Shown: positions 27,839 through 42,000 of the stretch, piece by piece | How the letters are laid out: every line of letters begins with the position of its first letter | Position numbering within the stretch: position 1 is the first letter of the stretch | Assembly: GCA_030704615.1 (NCBI GenBank) | Contig: CM060734.1 | Location: 56,544,001 to 56,608,000, forward strand | Reading direction: 5' to 3' | Length of the DNA stretch: 64,000 bases | From: Takakia lepidozioides | Lineage: Eukaryota; Plantae; Bryophyta | The notes under the pieces: model-generated | The model's input: the letters and a program-made list of their open reading frames with translations, nothing else | Database searches by the model: none | Told to the model about the DNA's origin: nothing | Position numbers and translations under genes: made by a program

Positions 27839-30650
27839 GGAAGATAATAGGAATAATGTAAGAACTTAATGCAAGCGCGTCAGGACGGTCCAGCCCTGAC
27901 ACCCGTACCGCCGGTTCTTCGCCTCCGGCAGACATCGAAAGGCAGCCGGCTGGGCTCGGTCAATCCCTCCCCACCCCCGCCCTCATCCCATCGGCGTCGT
28001 CGCCCCCTGCGTCGTCGTTCTGCGACACCTGTCCGCCGCTTCCAGCAGTCCGCCAGTTCCCTGTAACCCCCGCCCCGGGTTCAACCATCACCCCCATGTA
28101 ACCCTCTGTAACTCCGCCGAGTGTAACCCACACCACCATGTAACCCTCTATAACCCATATAACCCCATGACCCTCTGTAACCCTCACCACCATGTAACCC
28201 TCTGTAACCCATGTAACCCTCTATAACACCGCAGAGTGTCACCCCCACCCCTATGTAACCCTCACTACATGTAACCCTCTGTAACATTTTGCAACCCATG
28301 TAACCCTATGTAACCCTCTGTAACACCGTAGAGTGTAACCCTCACTCCATGTAACCCTCTGTAACCCTTTGTAACCCATGTAATCCTCTGTGACCCTCTG
28401 TAACCCATGTAACCCTCTGTGACCCTTTGTAACCCTCATCACCATGTAACCCTCTGTAACACCGCAGAGTCTCACCCTCACCCTCACCCGTATGTAACCC
28501 TCACTCCATGTAACCCTCTCTCACCCTCTGTAACCCTCACCACCATGTAACCCTTTGTGACCCTCTATATCCCTCACTAGGTGTAACCCTTACCACCATG
28601 TAACCCTCCGTAACCCTCACAAACCCTCTGTGACACCGCAGAGTGTCACCCTCATCCCATGTAACCCTCACAAACCCTCTATGGCTCTGTAACCCATGTA
28701 ACCCTCTGTAACACCGCAGAGTGTCGCCCTCACCCCTTATGTAACTCTCACTCCATGTAACCCATGTAACCCTCTGTGACCCTTTGTAACCCTCACCACC
28801 ATGTAACCCTCTGTAACACCGCAGAGTGTCACCCTCACCCTCACTCCATGTAACCCTCTCTGACCCTCTGTAACCCTCACCACCATGTAACCCTCTGTAA
28901 CCCTCTATGACCCTCTATATCCCTCACCAGGTGTAACTCTTACCACCATGTAACCCTCTGTAACACCGCAGAGTGTCACCCTCGCCACCATGTAACCCTC
29001 TGTAACCCTCACAAACCCTCTATGACACCGCAGAGTGTCACCCTCATCCCATGTCACCCTCACTCCATGTAACCCTCACAAACCTCTGTGGCTCTGTAAC
29101 CCATGTAACCCTCACCACCATGTAACCCTCTGTAACACCGCAAAGTGTCACCCTCACCCCTATGTAACCCTTATTCCATGTAACCCTCTCTGACCCTCTG
29201 TAACCCTCACCACCATGTAACCCTCTGTAACCCATGTAACCCTCTGTGACCCTCTATATCCCTCACCAGGTGTAACCCTTACCACCATGTAACCCTCTGT
29301 AACACCGCAGAGTGTCACCCTCGCCACCATGTAACCCTCTGAAACACCGCAGAGTGTCACCCTCGCCACCATGTAACCCTCCGTAACCCTCACAAACCCT
29401 TTGTGACACCGCAGAGTGTCACCCTCATCCCCATGTAACCCTCACAAACCCTCCGTGGCTCTGTAACCCATGTAACCCTCACAAACCCTCTGTGGCTCTG
29501 TAACCCATGTAACCCTCTATAACACCGCGGAGTGTCACCCTCACCCCTTATGTAACCCTCACTCCATGTAACCCTCTGTAACCCATGTAACCCTCTGTGA
29601 CCCTTTGTAACCCTCACCACCATGTAACCCTCTGTAACACTGCAGAATGTCACCCTCACCCCTATGTAACCCTCACTCCAAGTAACCCTCTCTCACCCTC
29701 TGTAACCCTCTGTAACCCATGTAACCCTCTGTGACCCTCTATATCCCTCACCAGGTGTAACCCTTACCACCATGTAACCCTCTGTAACACCGCAGAGTGT
29801 CACCCTCGCCACCATGTAACCCTCTGTAACACCGCAGAGTGTCACCCTCGCCACCATGTAACCCTCCGTAACCCACACAAACCCTCTGTGACACCGCAGA
29901 GTGTCACCCTCATCCCCATGTAACCCTCACTCCATGTAACCCTCTCTGACCCTCCGTGGCTCTGTAACCCATGTAATCCTCTGTAACACCGTAGAGTGTC
30001 ACCCTCACTCCATGTAACCCTCTGTAACCCATGTAACCCTCTGTGACCCTTTGTAACTCTTACCACCATGTAACCCTCTGTGACCCTTTGTAACCCTTAC
30101 CACCATGTAATCCTCTGTAACACCGCAGAGTGTCACCCTCACCCCTATGTAACCCTCATTCCATGTAACCCTCTCTGACCCTCTGTAACCCTCACCACCA
30201 TGTAACCCTCTCTGACCCTCTATAACCCTCACCACCATGTAACCCTCTGTAACCCATGTAACCCTCTGTAACCCATGTAACCCTCTGTGACCCTCTATAT
30301 CCCTCACCAAGTGTAACCCTTACCACCATGTAACCCTCTGTAACACCGCAGAGTGTCACCCTCGCCACCATGTAACCCTCACTCCATGTAACCCTCACAA
30401 ACCCTCTGTGGCTTTGTAACCTATGTAACCCTCTGTAACACCGCAGAGTGTCGCCCTCACCCCTTATGTAACCCTCACTCCATGTAACCCTCTATAACCC
30501 ATGTAACCCTCTGTGACCCTTTGTAACCCTCACCACCATGTAACCCTCTGTACACCGCAGAGTGTCACCCTCACCCCTATGTAACCCTCACTCCATGTAA
30601 CCCTCTCTGACCCTCTGTAACCCTCACCACCATGTAACCCTCTGTAACAT
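27839..30650 (+). repeat. Left long TIR: ~230 bp unique GC-rich end plus ~2.6-kb TGTAACCC/TGTCACCC array
   Basis: A dense modular array of catgtaaccc, tctgtaaccc and aacaccgcagagtgtcaccc units. It is the inverted counterpart of 54230-56705. Confidence 0.95.
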
Positions 30651-30686
30651 CATACACGTGTAAACTATCCGACGGCCGAATGGAGG

Positions 30687-30710
30687 TTTAAATAGAGGCC
30701 GAAACCCTAA
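30687..30710 (+). promoter_or_regulatory. Possible inward-facing promoter (TATA-like TTTAAATA plus telobox AAACCCTAA)
   Basis: TTTAAATA at 30687 and AAACCCTAA at 30702-30710 lie just inside the left array, followed by pyrimidine-rich leader-like sequence. Motif match only. Confidence 0.3.
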
Positions 30711-30759
30711 TTTGCTCTCTCCATCCGTTTTTCAGATTCCTAGCTCGCTCGTTTTTTTG

Positions 30760-31140
30760 CTTTGGGGCATCAGCTTTCTGCAATTCCCATGGTGCCCAAT
30801 CGGCTTCACACATCAATGCGAAAGATTTGTAGTTCATTCAGTTCAGTATCGTCATCCCAGCAACATACAAGACAACGCTTTCCGCGCAGCGATCCGTCAA
30901 ATCTATTACTATGGTTTTCTCTACGATTGATACGGTTGTCTCTATTCTTTTTCTTTCTCAATGTCATTCTTGTTGTTTTTCACCGTCCCCGATGGCTATG
31001 GTATTCCTAAGATCCGCATTAGGAAAGGGTTTTGTTTCTTTCGGTCTAGCCATGCAAGCAGCCGCTCATTTGACGGGTGCCCATTCACTCTCCTCTCGTG
31101 TATCTTTTGTTCACACACCAGCCGGGGCAGCCTACTCATC
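30760..31140 (-). pseudogene. Degenerate inverted paralog of the Zn-finger region of the Ulp1 cargo gene
   Basis: The minus strand at about 31065-30990 reads AAACMARPKETKPFPNADLRNTIAI, against TAACMARPKGTKPFPDAELKHAMAV on the plus strand at about 32175-32250. Confidence 0.55.
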
Positions 31141-31949
31141 GCTATTATGGATGCAATACGTATCGAATCATGCGTGTTTTGCAAGCACTGTCAACCGGTT
31201 ACATGTCTGATGGTTTATATGACTACCTCACGTGTGCTATGGTTACACACAGGGGGTTACACGGTGTTTTCTTTCTCAATACATGCTAGCTTGGTAGACG
31301 GTTTAGTAATGGAGGTTTAGATGGGGTTGACATGTTTGATGGGTTACGTGGATGTTGCGCTCGCGGAGCCACATAGGCTAGGGTTGCATGGGTGGGGCAT
31401 TACATTGACCATGTTTACCTGGAGGTTGCATACTAATGGTTTGATATGACAGGGTTACATCGATGTTGTGTTCGGGAGTCACATAGACTAGGGGTACATG
31501 AGGTTGTGACGAAGGGTTACATCATATGTGGGTACCTGACGGAGGGTTACACTCGACGTGCCTGGCATGCGGGTAACGGCCGGTTTGTCGCGCTCACAAG
31601 TGTAGGGTTACGGGTTACACTCCGCTTTCCGGGTGACACCGGGATTGCAACTCATACACGTGTGAGTCAGTGCGGATATAATTGATTGCAAGCCGCCAGA
31701 TTTTAATGAACCGCCGTCTTTCGCTTAACCGACGTGCCTTACGGGTGACATCTAGCTAGCTTCGTTCTTCGTTCTTTGATCATTGTTCAGTTTTCCCCTT
31801 CTCGCAGCATTTCATATTCTTCCTGCACACCTTGCTGTGCGTGCTCCCTGTTGTGCGTTCTTCGGAATTCTCTTGGTCTTGGTCTTTTCTTGCTCTTGCT
31901 CTTGCTCTTCTCTTCTCTTCTGTCAGCTTTTTTGGCTGATTGTTATTTG

Positions 31950-34900
31950 TTCCCTGGAGAGGCTACTATTCCATTTGATCACTTGAAAAGGGATGGCGAA
32001 CGAGTTCGCTTCTGGTACACTGAGCATGAGCATGCTACAATGATCGTGTACTGCCACACCAGGTGTAGAGAGGCCAAGGTGGAGGGAGCAAAGGGCCGGC
32101 CTAAGTTCAAATGTCCTTATTGTGGGGCAGTAAAGGTAGATAAGAGCAGATTGAATCGGCATATTGTCGATGGAACGGCCGCATGTATGGCCAGACCGAA
32201 AGGAACAAAACCGTTTCCTGATGCGGAGCTCAAGCATGCCATGGCTGTTGAAAATGTGATGAATTCTGTTCCAGCTTCTTCTGTTGATGCATATCATGCA
32301 TGGATTCTGCAAAATAGGGTGGCTTTGGGTGAGATTGCAGATCCTATTGAAGTGCCTGCTGTTGTACCTTCTTCGGCTATTTCTGCTATAGAGGTTCCAT
32401 CTTCTGGTGCTCCTGCTGTTTCTGTCCCTGGTCCTTCTATTCGGCAGGTTTCTAACGAGAGAGACAAGCGGCGATTGAGCCCGCCTCTACCTGTCCCTAT
32501 TGCAAAGAAAATCAACATTGGAAACCGGGGAAACCGGAGCTCAAGGTTCATCTTGCGAAAGCGAACTCCAGGCTCAATCCTTCTGCTACCGCATGGCCTT
32601 ATTCCTCAGTTCCCATTTCCGAATGTCAATGAGAAGGGGTTTTGGCCGGCATTCCAAGAATTTGTTGCGCGAGGCGAGGGCGCAGTCCATGCGACAGCTG
32701 CAAAATCAAGTTGGGTTCTATCGACAGACAATCAAGTTGGATTCCCTGCCATTTCTCTGTTTTTCAAATTTTGGGCTGTTGTCTATCCATGTAACCCCTT
32801 GTGTTACCCCCCGTCTCTCTTGTGGCGTGTAACCCAGAGTGTAACCCACCTACAGAGGACCCCTTTTAAAAACCCCTATGGTGTGTAACCCACCTCTGTG
32901 TAACCCCATGTAGCCCATCTTGTTTGTAACCCATTTTCATGTGTAACCCCTCGTGCTGTAACCTTTTTCTCTGGTGTAACCCCTCACGCTGTATTGCGCA
33001 GGGAGCTCGATATCATCTTAGAAGCGATGATATGGACAGTGTTGTTGCTGCCCACAAGGCGTTTACTGCCCAGCCGGATCATGGTCCGTTAATGATAGAG
33101 GAATTGAATCGGGTGAAGGAGTATTTAGAGAGCATTGGGCATCCTGACATGCCAAAGCAGAAAAAAGAAAAAAGGTGGGAGACTTACACGAGTCCATCGA
33201 GAGAGCCAAGCCTCACATGATGATGACACGATGGACGAACTAGCTGTTGGCAATACCGACCTTGACGATGCCAAAACTTCAAATCCTCTTGTCATCACTA
33301 TTACTGTAGATGGAATCAAAGGTTTGGTTGTTCCAGATCCGTTGGAATTCACTCGTGGTTTTGCCGAAGGATTGATCAGTCAAATGGAGAATCTCACCAA
33401 ACCGCACATTGGACCGCCACCACTCCTTTTGAGAATTCTGGCCCACAACGATGTAAGAAATCATGGCAGGTCAGTTTCCCAAACGCATCCCAGGTTGGGG
33501 TTCACGACTGAACTTCTGGAAAGTGCTCTTACGGCCTCAAAGGTGAAGGACCTGGTCGATGAGTATTACGGCTTTAGTCTGATGTACTTTGCACAACCTG
33601 GTGACGGAATTGCGACCTTGGATTCTGAGCTCGAAGACTTAAGATCGAGTTTGAGTACAGAAGAGTGGGGTGACCGGTCAATTAAGATCAACGGAGCTAT
33701 ACAGTTTTGCAAGGCAAGCCGTCGTCGCGCCGCCCATCACTTTGCGATCCAACAGAGAGAATCGTTTATCCAGCTTTGGTGTTGTGGCCTCTTCAGCGAA
33801 TCACCAACAGAAATGGACTTCAATGCGCGTTTGGGCATCCAGTATATGAGAGACCTTGGGTCTGTAGTGCCTTGGTATCTCTGTAAGTGTTACTCCATCC
33901 ACTGTCACCCCTCTCGTCGTGTAACCCCTTTGTGTGTAATCTTGTAATCATTGTAACCCTCGCTATGTGGAACCTTGTAACTCAGTGTAACACTCGTTGT
34001 GTGTAACCCTGTAATCAGTGTAACCCTCGCTATGTGGAACCTTGTACTCAGTGTAACCCTCGCTGTGTGTAACCCTGTAATCAGTGTAACCCTCGGAGTA
34101 TGTAACCCTGTAATCAGTGGTACCTAATGGTACCCCTCGCTGTGTTACCCTAGATTTGTTACCCTCTCGTTGTGTAATCTCAGTAGTGTAACCCATTGCA
34201 AACTATTGTCTCTAACAGGGTGGTGTAACCCACATCGTGTAATCCGAACCACTGTCTTGTCCTAGTCAGTGTAACCCTTACATAGTGTAACCCTTGCACT
34301 TTCAAAAACCTCGTTCCACGACTAAAAACCTTTGTCTTTTCCCCGATGCAGATGAGTCCGAGCTCATGACCAATCAAGTCGCCAATGCGTTCAAAAACCT
34401 TTTTGAGGCTCAACGTGAGCTTCACGAAGTTGTGTATGGGGCCCCTCCACAATGCGATACAGGGGGCGTAGGGGCGCGCAGACGAGCGATGGGCCAATTT
34501 CCGCCCCGCAGAGCGACGATGTACATGACGAGGACATCATTCCAAGTCAATCTGCCGTTGTATCTTTGTCGCAGGTTGGTGAATTGTACTCAACCCAGCT
34601 GCACTTAGGGGTGAATCTAGCAGACTTGACGCGGGATTTGCCCATGAATTCTGATACTGATACTGAAGATGATACATCAAGGTGGAACACCCAAGTGCGA
34701 ACCTCTTTGTCCGCAGCCCAGTCATTTCTTTTGAAGGTTTTAATCGAAGAATCGGGGACCCGCTTGACCCAGAGTCTGTGTATGACTTTGAATCTGGAGA
34801 TGCTGGGTTGAACCCTCGATGCAGCAATGTAAGTATTTGTCAGGATCATGTGGTCAACCTCTCTCAGAATGACCCAGCCTTCGTGGGTCCCATTGATGCG

Positions 34901-37361
34901 CAGGGTGACACTACAAGGGGAGGATGCCCTGAAACCGAGGGTTACACTGCACCTGAGGGTGACACTGTGCAGAGAGGAGCAACAGGGAAGGAGGGTTACA
35001 CTGCACCTCAGGGTGACACTGTGAAGAGAGGAGCAACAGGGAAGGAGGGTTACACTGCACCTCAGGGTGACACTGTGCAGAGAGGAGCAACAGGGAAGGA
35101 GGGTTACACTGCACCTCAGGGTGACACTGCGGATACCGGTGTGGCTGACAATGCCGTGAGGGACATTGTCGTGGGTGACACACCATTGCCCGTGAACACT
35201 GCAACTTCCGTTGAGAGTGACATTGACATGGGTTACACTGATAGGGGTGACACCCCACAGCCAACCCACATGGTAGATGTCAGTGAGTGTAACACTGTCA
35301 TGGATGACATTCCACTACCACTAGTCGTGGAAGGTGACACTCCTTTGCCACGGCCACTAGTCGCGACGGATGACGGTCTTCCGCTAGTCAACATGGTCTT
35401 GGAGGGTGCGGAGAAGGGCGACACAATCAAGGATGGCATTGAGGAGGTTGATGCAAAGAAGAGTGACATCGACATGGGTGACACGGGGAAGGGTGTCACC
35501 GAGGAGGTTGTCAGTTGGAAGGGTGACACAAAGCAGGGTCACACTGAGAAGCGTTTCACTGTGGAGAGTCACGAAGAGAAGGATGTTGCGGAGCATCTAG
35601 ACACTGAGAAGAGTGACACTGCCAAGGGTGACACACATAAGATTGTTACTCAGCAGAGTGACACTGGGAAGGAACCCGATGAGAAGGGTGACACTGCGAA
35701 GAGTGACACTGATAATGCGGCCAAAGAGAAGGGTGACACTGAGACCAGTGACACTGAGAAGGTAGCCGGAGAGAAGGGTGACACTGAGATGCGTGACTCT
35801 GAGGAGGTAGCTGAAGAGAAGGGTGACACTAAGAAGAGTGACACTGAGGAGGTAGCCGAAGAGAAGGGTGACATTGAGAAGGAAGCCGAAGAGAAGGGTG
35901 ACACTGAGAATCGTGACATTGAGGAGGTAGCCGAAGAGAAGGGTGACACTAAGAAGCGTGACAAGGGGTTTGAACAGAAGGGTGACACTGACAGGGGTAG
36001 CACCGAGGAGGTGAGCTGTGACACTTCTGCCCTTGGTCAATCACCTCCCCAGCACGTCTCAGACGAGGGAGTGCAGTCTTCAGCACTTGCAGCAAACTCA
36101 GAACAAGGCACCTCTAGCTCAGAAATTCCCCCTACCGGCGGCATTGTCAGGGTTGCAGAGAATCCCAGGAGGTCAAAACGGCCGCCTGCTCAAAGAAAGC
36201 GGTTGGCTGAACCCCCTAGCGCTGACAAAGAAGTATCTGTTCTTGTCGCACCCAAAAAACAGCGAACCAAACCGAAAGGCAAAAGTGCAGGGGTCTCGGA
36301 GGTTGACGTTGTCCAGCAGCAAGAGGTCCTTGCCAAGCACTTGCGGGAGCGTTCGAGGTACCTCATTGTACTTTGATCCTCTCTGATTTTGAATATTGAT
36401 TATAACTCTTGTATGATGCATCGTAATGTTCGTAATGTGCGGTTTGTTGTGCAGACTAAAACAACGGTACTTGACAAAGTTCAGAATGGTGTCGGACCCT
36501 CCTGGGGCGCCCGAAGTGAAGTTTTATTATGGCGATGCCTTCCTGGCTTCTAGTCCGTTACAGTTTTACTTGGAAGAGACAGATTTTGAGCCGATGTATA
36601 AAATAAGAGCAAGTGTCACAGATGCATTGCTCTCGGGTTACAACAAACTTCTGGAGGCCAAATTGTTTAAGGCTATCGCACCTGAGTTTGTCATCTGTGC
36701 TCCTTTTCAATGGCATGTCATGCGTACCAATGGTAACGATCTGCAGACGCTATTCGGGTTGGTGCAAGAATGGTACACTCAGGATGCCCGAGGGATGGTG
36801 TTCACAAAGAATCGAGATCGTGTGGACGTGGTTGTCATCCCTATTGTCTTCGAGTAAGTAATTTCAGCGTTGACTGAGCATGTTGGGTTACACTCCTCTA
36901 TTCTAGACTGAGTTGCACTAGTGACTGCTGACTAGTTGTGTAACACCGTTTAGAGTTACAGTACAAAGGGTTACACTACTGGGTTACACCACAGCCGGGT
37001 TACACCACAATGGGTTTCATTGGAGATGTTTTTTTCTATTCTGACGTAACGGCTTTGTTTGTGTTGCAGTGATCACTGGAGTGTTGCTGTTTTAGAGCGC
37101 CGAGGTCGGATAGTACATTTGGACTCCCATAAAACCATTGCCCGACCCAAACTCATTGAAGGAATTTTGCGAAATTTTGCCATAGCGTTCTTTGATTTCA
37201 TGCCTGGATCTGATGACTTCAGTTACGTCATGGAGAGGATGAAATGGTTTGAGGCCAGTGTCCCCCAGCAACGGAGCTGTTGGGAGTGCGGCTATTATGC
37301 ACTTTGTTTTGTGCAATTTTACTTGGAGTGGAAGTTCAATGTGAAAACCACAGAAGATTGA
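31950..37361 (+). CDS. Transposon cargo gene: N-terminal Zn finger, acidic GDT repeats and C-terminal Ulp1/C48 SUMO-protease domain (frameshifted as assembled)
   Basis: Zn finger CPYCx12Hx7C (CPYCGAVKVDKSRLNRHIVDGTAAC). Introns lie at about 32710-33001, 33883-34351, 36359-36454 and 36854-37069. The C48 catalytic set is VVVIPIV / DHWSVAVL / VHLDS / PQQRSCWECGYYAL. Frameshifts occur near 33165, 34470 and 34680. The start codon is uncertain. Confidence 0.8.
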
Positions 37362-39084
37362 ACCTGTCATAGGCGGGCGTTTACTGCAAGAAGGTTCAAC
37401 GAGTCAACCATGATAGCTTCCCGTACTCATATGATTAGTTGGCCGTGTGACGAGATGGACAAAGACTTGGTCAGATGGCCAAAGAAATAAATAGCGTCTC
37501 TTGATGCATTTTTGCTTCTATGTGGTTTGTTCGTAACACTTCACAGTTTGGGTTTCATGCAATGGGCTTACATGGGGTTACACCTTGTAAGGTTACATGA
37601 AGTGGAATTATAGACAAGTACTTGGGTACACCTTTGGGCCCTGGGGCAATGGGCTTACACTCTGTGGGTTCACACATAAGTGATGGGTTACACCATGCCG
37701 GGTCTCACAACGTGGGGTTACACTTATGGGTTACATACAATGGGCCTAGGGTTACATGGTTGGGCCTTCCTGGCTATGTCAGGGTCACGTTGCTGAAACA
37801 GTATACTTTCGTGGCATGTAACCCCACCTCGACTATGCGCATTTGTTTTATTTTTTATTTTTTTTCGCACTGAAGTGTTTGTGCACTGAAGTTCTCAGAT
37901 TTATACTACATGGGGTTACATACATGAGGGCTATGTACAATGGGTTACATACGATGGGGTCACAATAGTGTGGGGGTAACATCTGGTCGGGCTACATACT
38001 TCTTGGAGTTACAACACTCTGGGTTACACTCACTCAAGAGGGTTACACAGTTCTAAGTTACACTGTGCACAATGAAAGTGGGCAAGGTTGCCTATACAAG
38101 GGCTACGTGTCGTGGGGATACATAAGATGGGGTGATGTAGCATCGGGGTTTATAGCGTGCACCCCAAATTGTACAATGGGTTACGTGCGATGGGGTGACA
38201 TCAATGGGGGTTACATGTGGTCGGGATACATACTTCTTGGGGTTACACAACAACAAGTTACACTCCGGAGGGCTACACTGGTCCATAACATAGGTTGAAC
38301 GGAATGATTATCTATCTCATGGATTACACGTCCATGGGTTACACACAAATTGGGTTACACATATAGGGGTTACACATACAGGGGCTAGTGTTGGTGACTA
38401 AAGGTGCTCGATCAGCATCTTCCCACTCTGTATTGAAGGGTCATGTAACCCCGGCAGACTAACCCAGACCCGGGGGTTGCTATTCCATATGCACAGGTTG
38501 CGTGCATGCATGCACAAAATCCCTTATTATATATGCATGTGACAAATTTGTATGCACACATTGTAGATTGTATGCAGTGGAGTTATATAACATAGAATAC
38601 GACGTATTTATTGCATATGCAAATGTTACATCATATGTATATAGAAAAAAATAAAATAAAAATCTTAGCTAACAAAATCAGTAGTCAATGGTCAAAGATG
38701 CATGTGACCACTAACTCCAACTAATGCACCACCTTAAACTGAAGAGAATACAAGATCCCTGGCCAAAGTAATAGTTTGCAAACTTGTATTCAAGGAAAAC
38801 AATTTCATATTAACCAAAATATGGACTTTTGTACTAACAAATGCATATGTGTCATGTTTGGAACCACCACATTGCATGTCTGTTTGTAATGCCAAGCACT
38901 TCTATAATTTGAAAACTTGTATGACAGGTACACAAGTTCCATTTTAACCAAAATAGGAACTTTTGTACTAACAAATGCTATGTGTCATGTTTGGAATAAA
39001 GTAGTAACAAGATAATTACATGTCACATGCATGAAAATGAACGGCACAAGTTAGAGGTCCTTTTTTTGTGCATTTCATGTGTCA

Positions 39085-42000
39085 CTAAGAAGTTGAACTA
39101 GGGTCCTTCTTTAGCATAGCCCTAACCTCTAACTGGCTAAGGGAAGGTTGGTGGATCTCATAAGCCCCGGCGCATCCTAGATGCACGTTGTACATGAAGT
39201 ACATGTGCTTACAAGGTAGATATGTTTGTTTTTTCTTCTTGACAGATAGCTCATCAAAGTCGGGACAATCACAAGATGGAAACTGACCAATGTATACATT
39301 GTAAACCAATCTTGCTCTGGTAGATCCCTCTGTTTGTAGCTGGTAAATTCTCCCATAACCTGGCTGAGGCACGTTTCTGAATCCACGAACCTCAGCAATA
39401 AGAGTCTCCGCTGACTCTTGGCGACTCAAGTGTCGAGGAGTCGGATCCCGACGTCGAATGCGCACCCCATAGCGTGTAGTGGGATACTTACCCATAGGAA
39501 GGACAACACCTTGATGCATATGTTGTTCCACTGGAAGTGGTCCCACAGGAAAGTTCGGATCAGGAACGTTGGGAGGATGGACTAGTCGAAAACCTGCAAG
39601 GGTCAAGTTGTCCACCTCTTCTTGTGTAAGGTTGGTTCCAACCTTCACAGGCCACACGTTAGGTATACCCGGTTTTCCCAAGCAATAGGATGGCACGGTC
39701 CCTCCAACACACGACAAAACATCTGTGGGGCAAAACCAAAAAACTTGCAGTTTTGGTTCTTTCATGTTCGGTGCTAGTAACTTGCCAGTGAAGCAAGGTG
39801 CAGACTTCCTTTACCTTTCCTGATGAGCGCTTTGCATTTATCTTTGGAAACTCCAACCAAGGCAAAACAACGAACCATGGAAGCAGGACCTGTCCGCTGA
39901 ATCCTGAACAATGCATCGGAAAAGTCTTGTGTCTCTCTCACTGGATTTCCCCATTGCATTGGCTGAGGAGGGATAGCAACATGTGGATTTGTCTCATAGA
40001 AAGTCGAAGAACTAGGAATGTCATGACTTGATTTGGAGCTGACGAACCTAGATGGCTGGTGTGGACTGGGCATCCCAGTGGCGCGCACTGGAACAGTCTT
40101 TACATTCATATCACACCTCCAAGATTGTTTGGCCCACCATGCTCATCGCCTAACTTGCGTTTGACTGGAATAGTGCGATTGTCTCCCTCCAATTGAACCC
40201 CCCTTGTGTGCATGGGTGTTCCAGCTACTATGCCACGTACAACCTTACCCATTTTTGCTGGGCTATTAGATCTAGCTGCTTGACGCAACATGAGCTCCTC
40301 TTTGTCGGGCCCCGTCCCCCATGTCTTTCCTGTGGTGTGCCTGTAAAATGTTGCCTGCTGCAAAAGAGCTCGTGACATGTCATGCATGGTGGCCTCATAT
40401 AGATCCACCTTCATTTTTTTCCCATTGCCTGCTGTCTTCCACCAAGCAGAATGGACTGCCTCAGACAAATTAGTGGTAGGCATATCTGCATCTGCCTCCA
40501 CATCCATGTCCTCTCTCATCCATTGGCCCCACATTCGATATCTGTAGTGCCACCATGCAAGCCATGAATCTAGTTTTGGCAGACTCTTTTCTGTGCATGC
40601 TCCTGAAGAGAGCCACCAAGCCCGAATTGCAATGTATGTGGTTGTAGCATCCTCCAAGGTAGCACTATCTTTCCATTCATAACAGAGCTGAGTGTGCCTT
40701 TCACGGAAGTCCTCCAAGATATAGTCGTTGGTGTGTCTTCGGAGGCTTTCAGCCCAATGATATAAACATGTTCTTTCTTTACCTTCCATTGGGACATTGG
40801 GATCAGATCCATAAACCCTTCGAACAGCAGCCCAATTCGCTCCTGCTGCATCCGCCATGAAGCCAGCAAAATTTGGTTTGTTCAAGCCAGCAAGTTTTGC
40901 TTGTTCATTGATCATCTCCCAGAATAACACCTGAGCATCTGCATCCTCTGTTTTCATATCGCAAATGGCAATGGTCATCATTCGCTTGACATATGGTTCA
41001 TAGACATGACACGCAAGAGTTGTCCAATCCTTGATGCGTTTGACATGGTCAAATACTACCCAACTTGTGCGTAGATCCCCCTCACTCATGCGACGCACAA
41101 GATCAACACCACTCCCGGGACCAGCAACAGACATCTTGAAAACATGGGGGAGATGAGAAGTATGCTGGCCTGGAAGGAGATTGCTGTGAATGAAATGGTA
41201 TGTACTCAGACGCTTCAACTCCAATATGGACATGATGGAATTGACACGTGCAGATGCGACCTTGTTTTTCACATTGGGGCTACAAACATGGGCAAACTCT
41301 TCAAGAATATCTTCCAAAGCCTCTCCCTCAAGACGTACTGTCTCTGTGCCATCAGCCACAAGAACTCGATCAATCAAGAGCTTTTGGGCCATTGACAAGG
41401 AAATAGCTCCCGGGGTCGACCATGGCTTCATCTTAACGTGCTCTTGAATCATGCTTGATGCATTTTCCGCAGCCTCTCTATTCTCGCCCTTGGCACATGG
41501 ATGGTTATGAAACCCAACGTGAACTGCAACACGTGTATATGTTGGAAGGGAACTTGTGACATAGTACATTCTTGCCCCACAATGCGCCTCACAGAAAGGT
41601 CTTTCTTTGCAGAAACTACACTTGAACTGGTTGAATGGAACTTGGGCTCCTGCAATGAACACCTTGTCTGCATTGCCTTCCCAATAGCGGTCATTCCGTT
41701 CTCCTTCTTTCTTGAAGAAGGGGCAAGTGCTGCTTTGACATATGAGCTTTCCAACACAAAGAACCTTACTACATTTCACATGATCTGGAACACCAGACAT
41801 ATTGTAGGTATTGGTCTTGCACCAAGGATGACCATCAAACTTGCGGTCCATGCCTTGGAGGGACTGTGAACCACGGTCCGTACGTAGTTTGACCACGGGG
41901 GGGAGTTCGTGGATCACTTTTCCATCAAAAGCTCGAGGAAGACACCGAACACGATGCACTGGAATGTGACTATAGTCCAAGGTAGAAAGCTCTCCTTTTG

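Noticed and set aside
27960-30400. Many short ORFs (VTEGYMVVRVT...) in the arrays here and at 55151-56584
   Set aside because: They are by-products of a low-complexity tandem repeat and are mirrored on both arms, with no domain signal.
28060-30650. True or interstitial telomere, or chromosome fusion
   Set aside because: The unit is GTAACCC with variable spacers, not CCCTAAA. The arrays are capped by unique TIR sequence and a TSD.
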